Shown here: piece by piece, positions 26,901 to 39,100 of the stretch
Layout of the letters: each line of letters opens with the position of its first letter
Position numbering within the stretch: the first letter of the stretch is position 1
DNA from: Podarcis erhardii
Taxonomy: Eukaryota
Strand: one strand, 5' to 3'
Length of the DNA: 64,000 nucleotides
NCBI GenBank assembly: GCA_964252035.1
Contig: OZ176201.1
Notes under the pieces: generated by a model
Seen by the model: only the letters and a program-made list of their open reading frames with translations
Database searches by the model: none
Told to the model about the DNA's origin: nothing
Position numbers and translations under genes: made by a program

Positions 26901-29900
26901 CAAAGATTCATGGAGGAGTTCTCAAGTCCATAAGTTATTTTGTCCTATAAGACAGACGCTCAGTCCTGCTTGGAAATCACATCCAATAAGTAAGAGAGCC
27001 CTGCTGTCCAATCTCAGTTATGGTCTTGGTTTGTTATGGAGCAGGCGAAAGGAGAGACAGAAAGACCCTTTCCACATGCTTACGAGTTTTTCTGTTCCAT
27101 TATTTTCCATGTTCTAGGGGCTGAGCCTGATGCTGAAAAATGGGCTCTGGAGCCCTGCCATAGTCAGCTCTGGGCTCAGATTAAGCCCATCTCAGAACCC
27201 TCCCTGGGTGCAGTTTTTGATACTGACTGAAAATAGAATGTGGAAAAATTTCCCTGCTGGGTGGTTGTACCGCCTGAGGGAACTGTTGTCTTTAGAAATC
27301 CCTGAAAAATTGGTGCTGAATAGAGGGAGAAAATGTGTTTTTAAAATAATAAAGCCTTTGAGTTCTGAGGCTGTCCTTCCCCCCACGTGGCTCCACCCAC
27401 CAGCACATTCAAGTCCTGAAAAACAGATGGTGGATGGCGCAGCCAGAGCTATGCAGGCCTTGCCAAGGAACGTGCCGTGCACATTCCTCCTCCGCCAATA
27501 TTAGGCTGTTGCCCCATCGGCACCCATGGAACTAGGGGGTGGAGGTGGGGAGGGAAAGCAGCAGAGGGACATTAGCTTGGTTAGCAGGCAGCTAAGGGCG
27601 GCCTTCTCTTGTGGCACAAATCTTGTCTGAACATGGCCATTTACCCCTTCTTTGCTATATTTCAGAGTGTGTGATGCTCCTGTGATACTTCTAGCCAATT
27701 TTTTTTTGGAGAGGCCAGCAAGAATCAGATTGCAGGAGATGGTGCCTTTACAGACAACTTGTACAAACAGTTGTGACTTGTTGAGCTCAGCACCCCCTTT
27801 ACACACACTAGTCACATATTGTGCCCAAATGTGTAGCAACTTGTTCTTTTTTTTATAATGCTAGGCCTGGTCAAGGTTAGTGCTGGCATTAGACAGGGTA
27901 AGCCTGGGGAGCTATTTAATGGTGGGGAGCTATTTAATGGTGAAAAAGCAGCTAATGTTGTTGATGATTTAGTGTATAATTTATTTTTATCACAGTGCAG
28001 AGTGCCATTTGGACTTTCTGCCTCAGGCACCAAAATATCTTGAGCTTCTGGAGGACTGCCTTTGGCTAGATGAGCTCCTGAAGTTCTGCAAGCCTGAATT
28101 ACATTTGCCCCAAAGTCACTGGGTGTTTCAAGGTGCTAGCTGTAAACAAAACTCTCTTATAGTTGTGGACTGGACTCGCACAGGAATCTTAGGGATAGTG
28201 TCCTCCACTGCACCTGAGAACAGCAGACACAGCTCTGGCCTCTGACGAAAGAGTACTCTCAGGTGGCTGACACCAATGCCTGGAGCATCTTCTACCTGAG
28301 ATGGTCAGCTCTGTCTGCCTAATGTTAGGGCTGGTCTTCCCACATCCTGTGGTCCCACACTGCCTAATCCACCCCGGTAATTAAAAACAAATAAAGAAAA
28401 AGCATAGGCATAGCTGTGCTGTGCAACTTTTGACCTGGTTCTTATGTAATTCTGAGCTGAATTATGGTGTACTATGAATGCAATAAAATAAAAAAAAATC
28501 CTTCCAGTAGCACCTTAGAGACCAACTAAGTTTGTTATTGGTATGAGCTTTCGTGTGCATGCACACTTACTGGAAGGAATTTTTAAAATTTTGTTCCGAC
28601 TACGGCAGACCAACACAGCTACAGCAGACCAACACAGTTACTTGTAACTATGAGTGCAATAGTGTGCAGATACTCAGAGAGGAGATGGCAGCTAATTTAC
28701 TCTTCTTCCAGTCTTTCTGTTGCAGTGCTGCTGTGACCTAAGCCATGGTTTGGCTTAGTGTGGTTTTCAATCCCCAGCTCAGTGTTTGTCCCACAAGCTG
28801 TAACTGTTTGTTTGTTTGTTTGTTTGCTTGCTTGTTTTCCCATCTGACTGGGTTACCCCAGCCACTCTAGGCGGTCTCCAACAAATTAGAACACAATAAG
28901 ACACCAAACATTAAAAACTTCCATGAATGAAGGTTTGTTCTATGGCTTACTGCTCACGGTTTGTCTTGAAGAGACAAAGCACGAGCCCCAATTCAGACAA
29001 CACACTAAATCATGGCTTCACTCATAGCAGCAAGAGTACCAGAGGGCGGAACAACACGGCAACAATCTTACTGGGAGGCTACAGAGTTTAAACTAAGCCA
29101 TGGGTTGGCTGGGTGTTATGTGCTAACTGGGCCCATGTATAACATGTAGTTTGACCCTTTGTTTGGGGGCTTTGTTTTCTATTGTGTTGTTACTATTTTT
29201 TGTTGGGGGCTGCCCAGTGTCACCGGGGCAACCCAGTCAGATGGGAAGAATTGTTTGTTTGTTTGTGTTGTTGTTTAGTTGTTTAGTCGTGTCTGACTCT
29301 TCGTGACTCCATGGACCAGAGCACGCCAGGCACTCCTGTCTTCCACTGCCTCCCGCAGTTTGGTCAGACTCATGTTTGTAGCTTCGAGAACTACTGTTTG
29401 TTTGTACCTCCTCCAAAATACTGCATGTGCTACACACCAACATGAGCTGTGAATTAAGTTTAGCTGTGATAGATCCAATTTTGAGAAAGAAGTCGTTAAA
29501 CCTCTAGTGCTCTAGTTGAGAGTACAGAGAGTGACTACACATACTGTTTCCAGATGTCATTTTAGACTGCCGGCATGCTTGGGTCTTGTGTTAGCTAGTC
29601 TTTTTGATATTTTCTTAAAGAACCTGGAACTAGAGATTGTGTGCTTGCAATAAACAAGCAGGATGAGGCCTACTCAGGTGCTTGGTCTGTTTCTGGGCTG
29701 ACCTGCTTCAGGTTGTAGATGGGGGGAGTCTTGGGTGACTAAATGCTCCTGCAGACAAAATAATTCTCTCCACATGGATTTTTCTTTTTTTAAACTATCT
29801 CCACATAGAAATTTAGAGTGTTGGAGTGGTGTTGGTGATGGAAAGTAGCTTTCTGTGTGGTGGGAATTTTTTATGTGGAGGAGTATTCAATCCATATGAC

Positions 29901-32900
29901 TTCTCATCTGCAGTCTGAAGCACTTTAGCCCAGATGCAGGTTGGCCACCTGAGTGGGAAGTTGGCCTAAGACTTTGGGAGAATGAGATAGCAGGCTGCAG
30001 AGAAGGCCTTGTTTGCTGCACTTTGCAGGTGCTAATTGGTTATTTTTAAGCCTAGCAATTGGTGCTAGCAATGTCATAGACATATGTACTGCTGGCCAGT
30101 TGCCATAGCGACATCCCTCACACTGTCATGTCAGTTTCCAAGGTGGGGTCAGGTGCCTGTGGCTTGACACATCTTGGGTTCCTGATGCAGGCAGTTATTT
30201 CAGGAGGAGGTGTCATCCCGCTGCATTGCATTATTGCCTCCTGCTGGGCGCTTGCTAGGCTGTTCCTGCAGAGTTCCTCTGGGGGAGCATGGCTGCCCTT
30301 TCCTCACCCGTGCCTGCTGCCTGCTTCGCTTACACGGACATCTTTCTGCACTTGTCCACCTGCATGCATCCATGCATCCATCTTTCTAGGCACATGGGGC
30401 CACTTCACAAGACCATACAGAAAATATGCTAAAGGCAAACTTCTGCTGTTGAAGTTAAGCAGATCTGGCCCTCTTAAGTTAGTTAGATGGGACACTGACT
30501 TGGACCCACATCTGAGCCACTATTACATATGAGAAGAGGGTTAGTTTGCATCTTCCTGTTGATCATTTCATGACTGCAACATCAAGTTGTTGATTTGCAT
30601 GTGCAAACAGGCAATCTCAGACCCATCAGAACATTACTGGCAACTTTCATGGAAGTTCATTCACAAATTTGGTACGGTTAAGTGAGAGAGTCTCTGAGTA
30701 GGACCAGGGAGACCCAGGTTCAGATCTTTCCTTAGCCATGCAGCCCACTGGGTGATCTCCTCTCTCAGCCTGACCTATCTCAACAGGGTTGTTGTGAGGC
30801 TAAAATGGGAGGAAGAGAAGTGTATACAGAAGTATATGCACTCCTGGTGGCAGGATGGGATCAAAATGTAATAAATGGATTAAGCTGCCAGTCATCAGTG
30901 CCTGGGTCTTGTGTGTGTGTGTGTGCGCGCGCGCAACACTCATTTCTCTTAAATCTGATGACTGGTAGCTGAATGTGGGAACTGATTCTGTATAAAAGCC
31001 TTGCATTGTGAGATGATGTCGTGAAATGAAAGTTTCATTTGCAGATAGTGTATCTGTGATGGTCCCATTCACAAGTAGCTCCTTGATGCAGCAACTGCCA
31101 AATAATTACTAAAGCGTACCCCAAGCATATAATAATGAAGTGTAGAGAAATGCCAAGTGGGGCACATGCATATGTGAAGTAGGTATAACCTCTTTGGAGG
31201 AAGGGCAAAGTGTCTGCATGATGTTAAACAGTAAGTAGGTATTTTGAGATGTGAGCTGCTTGAATCTGCTGTCATAGATCTGTATGCCTGTGTTGTGTTT
31301 CTCCAGCTTACTCCATTTTCTAATACAACAGCTTTCCTCTCACCAAATTTTTAAGGCCATTTGCTATGTTTATCACAGCTTTCAAGTGAACATAACCCTG
31401 CAATTTCCAGCTTTTCATTCTAAATGTTGAGATTGGGCATTACCATTTTCTAACAGCGCTGGAGTGACACTAATATATGCTTTTGACCACTTCCAAACTG
31501 TGTTGACGTTGTTCCAACTGAGTTTGCAAAGGAGATGGATGCAGAGCTGACCTCGTAGCCTGATCAGGCATCATGTGTATAAGAACCCAAAAGGCCATGC
31601 CCCATAACAGTGCAGGTGTGGAGCTTAGCAAAGTTTAGCGATGTTCAGTTGCAACAAGGGGAGTGCAAGGTGATGTCTTCTTAATAAAGTGTTAATGGCT
31701 GTGAAGGAGGTAAGCTTAGCTGCTGAAGGAGCCATGTGGGGTTTTGCCCTGTGAATAGTGGTGAATTGAGAGAAGCAGAAACCCCCCACCTACTTCCCAT
31801 GTGCATTCCAATAGGTCTCTGTTCTACAAAGTAGAGAAATTCATTTTAGTGGGGTGGAGGGTGGGAACCATCAAAAGTGATGTAATTCTGTTCACTTCTG
31901 TACTCACTTTGAATGCTCACACTGATAGGGCAGAGGCTGTAAGCTCCAGCAGCTATTTGAAAACGCAGAGCAGGTCTTACAGACCAGGGCTATGATCTGG
32001 AGAGGCACACAGTACAGCAATCTTGGGGGTGTGTGTGTATTGGATTGTTTGCTTGATTTTGTTCTAGTTTTTATCATGTATTTGTGCTTTTATATTGTAT
32101 TTATTTGTTGTGAACTGCTCTGAGATCTGTGGATGAAGGGCAGTATGCATATTTAATAAATAATAATTTGCTGAAGCTAATGGGGTCTGGGTCTGATCAG
32201 TGCCTTGATTTAGACTATCTGGAAATCCCAGGCAGATCAGGAAATAAAATAGCAAAGATCTTCTACAGGCTTGCTGTCTGAGATCCATTTTACTAGAAAT
32301 ACCAGGGGCCTGAATGTGGGAGTTTCTGCCTGCAAATAATGTGTTTTCATCACTGAGCTATGGCCTGCTCCTTCTAACACCTTGGATTTCAGGTGGAGCA
32401 GTTCAGGTCAATGGGGCCCCCCAAGCCTCTCTAATGCGACTCTCAGGACTCCCCCCAGGCCACACTTGCCCCGTGTCCTCCTGTGGACCCTCTTCAGTTG
32501 CTTTTGCGTGTCCTGAATTGTCAGGATGCTGTCAGTGGCTCCTGACTGGTTGACCAGGAAAGTATAAGACAAGAAAAAGTTTCTTACATTCCTTTTTTAT
32601 TTCAGTCTTTACAGAGAGAGGCTATAGAACCCAGCCTCTTGGTTAATGGCATTGTCCCGAGTGAATGAGGTGTCCTCATTCGTCGTCATCAGCACCTCCC
32701 CTACGGGTGCTGCTACGTGCCCTTTGTCTTTGAGCTCTTTGCTCTCCTACTTTTAAGGCTCACCGGGTTCTGGGAGATGGAGGGTCTGGAATGCTTTCAA
32801 TGATATGTCAGCCAGGTGTTGTTCTGGCTCTCACTTGGTTTCCCCCTCATCTGCTTCTGAGCTGTGACCTCCCTCAAACCCCTGTCTATCTTGTCTTCCT

Positions 32901-35900
32901 CCTCCTCCATGGAAGGGTCAGGATGGGGAGGCCACCTCCACCATTCCTCCTCCGCCCAGCCCCTGACAGAATGTGCCACTGAACTGTAATGCCAACCAGG
33001 CTTGCCTGGTTGGAGTGAGATGGGTATGGAGAGTGTAGCTTATTGTGCAAAGTTAAGAGTTGCATCCATTCCTCTACCCAGGTTTTGCCTCTTGCACGTT
33101 GCCCTTGAGAGGATGCCTGTGAGGGCTGCAAAGTGCTCCGTTCCCCTGACTTGTGCATGCATTTGAGTGACCTTTTCTTAAATTGGGAGGAAGGGTTTCC
33201 AGACCAAAGGGTGTGCCTTCCTCCGGGAAGCCTCGAGACCAGCCTCTTTCCCCTTTAGGAAGCAAGCACGGCCTCTGCGCCTCCAGATTTGTGTGTGCTT
33301 TGAGAACGTCACAAAATCAGTCCGTGTACTCACTGGTTGTGCCTGTCCTCTCCCTGCAGATCCTTACTCCATCGCAGGCAGTGATGGCAGCATCTCTGCC
33401 TCCGTGGCTTCCATCCAGCCGCAGGCATCCAGCAGCTCGGCTCCCAGCTCCCCCGCCTCCCGCCACTCGGTCAGTACCCTCAAGAAATGGCTGACCAACC
33501 CTGTGCGCAAGCTAAGTGCCGGCGGGCTACCTCGGGGCGAACGCCCACTCAGGAAACAAGAGGGCCGGGCTCGGCGGCACGGGCGCCAGGAAGATCGCAA
33601 GAGCATCGACTTGGGCCTTCTGGGGCAAGCAGAGGGGCCCTTTGCTGTCCCGCCGCAGGAATCGGTAGGCACGGTGAGAGCAGAGAGATGCCTGTCTTGC
33701 CATGAGCTAGAAGCTGTCTTGTTTTCCCTTCTGGACTAGCTAGCCACAAGCCCGCTGCAGATGAGTTTAGGCAACTGAGACAGAAACATGCCAGAAGCAG
33801 GGGGGCTAACATCCTACGCAGGTATGTCCGTAGAGCAGTGTCCATCAGCTTCCACCAAACTAGCCATGCTGTCTGATGGGAGTGGCAGGCAAAAACATCT
33901 GGAGGGTGTGCTAGGTTGGCAGAGGCTGTTGCAAAGCAAACAGAGCACCTCTCTGTGGGTCAGTGTCTCTGGCCATTAACCAGAAGGTTTGTGGTTCAAG
34001 CCCACCCAGGGCTGTGGGCAGGTTTCCTGCATTGCAGGGGGCTGGGCCAGATGACCTTTGTGCTGCCTTCCAGCTCTACAATTCTATGGTATCAGTTGGA
34101 CAAGTAAGCCAAGCCATGTGATGTAAGAGAAGACCACCAACAACCCCCCTCCATAATCTGCCCAAGGGAGCAGGGGGGAGGAAAATTGCAAAGCCAAATG
34201 TGGTCATTGGTGAAATCCAGAACACGAGCAGAACTCATTGATGACACCCATCACTGAATTGTCCCAAGGAATATGTAAAATGACAAATCTCTGCGCCATC
34301 CATCATTCTTGCTTCATTGCGGCTTTTCTTTATGTGCTCAAGAAGTTTGGAAAAATAAACCTCTAATATATTGTGTGTGTGTGAAGGAGCGGGTGTGGGT
34401 TTCTCCTTTCTCATCCTAGCAGGTAACTACTGAAGCACCAGAGCTATAGTACTTTCCCCTGCATGAATCTCCCCTGGTTACTAATTCTCCTCTGCAATTT
34501 CAATCCTTACCGGTTCTCTTCACCCCTCTCCTGCAGAGAGGTCGCTGAATTTCATTTTAATATGGAACCAGGCTGGGGAATGTGAAGGTCTGTCCTGTAA
34601 AGCTTTGTTGGCACTTAGCTCTGGCACTGCAAATCAGGGGTTGTCAACTTGGTGCCCCCCAGATAATGGGAGTTGTAGTGCACAACACCTGGATGGCACC
34701 ACGTTGACTAGCCCTGCTGTAGACAGAGTTGTAGGGGGAACAGGAGGGGGAGCCAAAGGTCCAATAGTGCCTATAAGACCCTTTGCTGTTTGTGGGCTGA
34801 AAAAACAATCTCTTCCTCTCCCCCATTTTGTAAGTTGCTCATCTCTGTGCTGTGATAGAGGATGTGGGTGTCCTCTGACATACTGTATCTTTGAAGCACA
34901 CCCTTTCCCCCAAAGAATTCTGGGCAGTGTAGTTTGCCTCTTGCAGAGTGGCCGTTCCCAGCAACCCTGAACAACCTAAAGTTTTGAGGGAAAGAACGTG
35001 CTTCAAATATAAAGGGTTTGTGTCTCAGCCACAGCCTGATTTCTTTCCTGACACCAGATGGGGAAAAAACAAAAAATGTTTCTGGGCCCATCTGAAAGTG
35101 CTTTCTAGTGATATCCTCATCCAAAACAACAAAATAATCCAAAGGATTGCCTTTTCTAATACAAGTCTACCAGTTTAAGGAGATCCCAACAGTCCCAGAA
35201 ATATCTGGTTGGAAGCAAGGTGAGGGCCTTTCTGGTAGCTGCACCTAAGCTTTGGAAATTCCTAAGGGAAGCCTGCCTGGACACCCTATTTTGTCTCCCC
35301 CTCCCAGTGTAAATTCCATTTATAACCCTTTTTGTTAAGGGTTTTAATTTTGCTGGAAGCTGGTTGTTTTTATCAGGTTCCTTTGGGTGACATTTAGAAA
35401 TCTCTGCTTCTGTTGGGGTTTTCTTGGGGGGGGGGAGATTTTTAAGGTGTTGGTTTTTTATTTCATTGTTTTACCTGATAGTTATTGGACTCTCTTTGAG
35501 CAAAGTGAGGATATAAATCAGAACACCCATATGCAAACCCGAAACACCCTATTTCTTTCATTTTTGACAAAAATTGTCTTAAGTTTACATGACTTGTGCC
35601 TGTTCCATTTCCTTGTACTCACCCCCCATTGTGCCTTTTTGCTTTAAAACCAAACACCATTGAGATACTTAAAATCCCAAATAATGGAAAGAGAATAGAT
35701 GGTGCATAATTAAGCAGTTGCACTTGATTTACATAATTCTGATTGAAGGATTTAAGTATCCCAGTGGGAAATTTTGGATTTTTAAAGAATACTGGAGGAG
35801 GCAGAATAAACAGTCCTGATTACTCTTAAAGGCTAATATTGCTTTATTCTTGCTGCATTAGGGTCAAACTACCTGAGGGGCGGGTTTAACCCCTCCCATG

Positions 35901-36097
35901 CCTCTGCCAGGACATTTTGCCCCTCTGCAGGGCTTACTTCAAGCTGTCAAACACAGTGGGGGGTGGAAAAAAATTAAAAATGGTCAGATAGGGGCATTTA
36001 CAGGGGTTAATTGGTGGGTAGGGGAAAACATGCCTTGCCCACCCACCAGCTGTCCCCTGCAGATTTCTCTACCCCTGTATATAGGCAAAGGAAAACA

Positions 36098-36149
<52 letters not shown>

Positions 36150-39100
36150 TTTATACCCCGCCTATCTGGCTGGGTATCCCCAGACACTCTGAGTGGCTTC
36201 CAACAAAATATAAAAATACAATAGTCTTTCAAACATTAAAAGCTTCCCTGAACATGGCTGCCTTCAGATGTCTTTTAAAAGTCTGGTAGTTGTTTTTCTC
36301 TTTGACATCTGGTGGGAGGGTGTTCCACAGGACGGGTGCCACTACCGAGAAGGCCCTCTGCTTGGTTCCCTGAAACCTGGCTTCTCACAGCAAGGGAACT
36401 GCCAGAAAGCCCTCGGCGCTGGACCTCAGTGTCCGGGGAAAACGATGGGGGTGGAGACTCTTCTTCAGGTATACTGGACTGAGACCATTTAGGGCTTTAA
36501 AGGTCAGCACCAATACTTAGAATTGTGCTCGGAAACTTACTGGGAGCCAATGTAGGTCTTTCAAGACCAGTGTTATGTGGTCTCGGCGGCAGCTCCCAGT
36601 CACCAGTCTAGCTCCCGCATTCTGGATTAGTTGTAGTTTCTGGGTCACCTTCAAAGGTAGCCCCACATAGAGTGCATTGCAGTAGTCCTAGCAAGAGATA
36701 ACTAGAGCATGCATCACTCTGGCAAGACAGTCCACGGGCAGATAGGGTCTCAGCCTGCGTATCAGATGGAGCTGGTAAACAGCTGCCCTGGACACAGAAT
36801 TGACCTGCACCTCCATGGACAGCTACACAATTAGGATCCTTGTGCACTGGCCTTCAGAAGGCGAGGGACTGTTCGAATTTTGCTATACACATTTGTGGAA
36901 AGGTGCTAACAGAGGGAACACTAGTTTGATCTGTAAGTAGCATGGTCTGGCAAATGCTTGTAGTGGTGGCTGGTCCACCAGAGCGGGGGAGGCACTGCTG
37001 CACCAACCTCACTTTGCTCTTAACACTTGTCTGCCTTTTTACTTATTCCAAAGAGTGGCACTGGCTGTTAGCTTCCTCCTCCTTAGGGCTCATCCAGACT
37101 TCCTTTCCTGCAAGGCTCCTACGTCTGAGCCTCAAAGCTCCACATCCAAGCAGTTTTTGTTGTTGTCGTCGTCCTGGTCCTTTCCCTGGGAAAACCCATG
37201 TTTTACCAATGAATCAGAGCAAACAACAAACATAGTTTGCTCTGATTCAGCGGTAAAATGTGGGTTTTCTCCGGGAAAGCGCAGGGTAAAAAAAAAAAAA
37301 AAATGCTGCTCAGAAATGGATCTTTGAAGCAGAGACCTGTGCTTGGATAGTGTGGCACAAAAGAAAGTGCCACACTCCCGTTTGCCCCTTGCCTAGAGCA
37401 GGTCCAAGGGGTTTTCCGCTTGACCCACACTTTCTAGGAACAGGTCTGAGTGACTCCCCGCCCCCCCGCCCCCCAAACAGCAGGGCCTGAGGAAGCATGG
37501 ATAAGCCCCCTGGTCTCAGTATTGGTTCCTGCACAACTGAGCAAGAGAGAAGAATGGGGAGAAAATGAGAATTACGTAGTCTGCCTGTCATTGGCTCTGG
37601 CACCTCCGAGTGTTGGCTTCCATGCCTCCTGTCCTAACAGTACGAACATGGAATTTGGATGGCAGGTTCTAGTACTGCAGTTCTCATAGGATGACTGATG
37701 ATTTGGGCAGGGACGGGGGGGAGGGAGAATTCCCTGTGGCCCCCAGAAGGCTGAGCTGGGCTGCCACCCTTATCTAACATTCTTCCCTTGCATTACAGGA
37801 TAGCACTGCTCATCTCCCAGACCTTTCCCTGTTCTCCAGCCAGCTAGAAGGGGATGGCTCAGGAAAAAGCACCCAGGTGAGCTGCAGGGGGACTGATGGG
37901 AGCAAAGTAAGAGGCAACGTTGTCTTGCACCAGGTTGAAGGGGCAACAATCCCCCTCTTCTCCATGGGACCCCAGAGAGGCCTACAGTAGCTATGTGTCC
38001 TACTTTACAGAGAACAGTCCTCTATTTTGAAGGTTGGGGGGGGGGGAGTCCTATATTTGAACATGTTCCCTTTCTGAGGGCTTCCCAGTCCATGTCTAAT
38101 TTAAGGGCAAAAGACCATAAAAGGGAGAAAGCAGAGGCCTTGAAGTTGCCCATCAAATGTTATCAGCAGACTTCAGCAGACACAACCAGCGATTTTGCTC
38201 TTGCCCCACTTCTCTCCCAGGCAAATGCTAGTCCAGAGAAATCCCAAACTGATGTTTGCTGTGATTGAATGCTAAAGAGTGGTTTGGGGAGGTGGGGGTG
38301 GGGGGCCGGAAACAAAGAGGAAGTGCAGAGAGGGGCACACAAGTCACTTTATGTCTTCCCCACCATGGTGAGATGGACTGTTTTTCCACAAATAATTTCA
38401 TGCAAATTGGTGTCCCTTTTTTGTGACGCAAATCATTTGGGGGGCTGGCTTGTGTCTGTGCAACGCATAGCTGGCCATCCTAGAACATGCCCGTCAAAGC
38501 ACCAGATTGTTTTAATGTTAGCAAAAATAGCAAGATGGAAAATGCTGCAGGTTCCAACAGAAACTGATTAGAAATAAAACAACTGTGGAATGTGGTGCAG
38601 TTAATGAAAATGACTTTTTTGAGTATGACTCGGAAAAGAGGGTGATATCAAGTAAATATAAAAACAAATGGCATGTGTTTATAAATTTTTGGAATTGATT
38701 TTAGGATTATGAAGACACATTGCTTTGTTCCTTCATGATTTATGTAAATCATGTAAATGAATTTGAATGGTTTGTTTCTTTCCAATGTAGAGGCAGTATA
38801 TAGGGCTACATAGCTGTGATATATATATAGATAGATATAGATAGATATAGATAGGCATTTTGAATTAAAAAAATGAGAATATGTCATTTGATTTGCAGTT
38901 TATTTGAAATGTTTTCCTCCAAAATTAGTTTTCAGCTCTATTTCAGGCACTTAATCAGTCAATTATTTCCAAAAGCAGGATATCTGCTCCAAATTGGAGA
39001 AGTGTTCCAGGATCTGTGATGGACATTCTTTCCTTCCCCTGATCTTTCAGAGCCTGATGTGTTGTGAGTGAGCTTAGGGGAAAGAGAAGATCCTGCTACA

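Noticed and set aside
27906-27941. 18-bp tandem ggggagctatttaatggt x2 as a double MEF2 site
   Set aside because: CTATTTAATG lacks the terminal TAR of the MEF2 consensus; most likely a simple slippage duplication.
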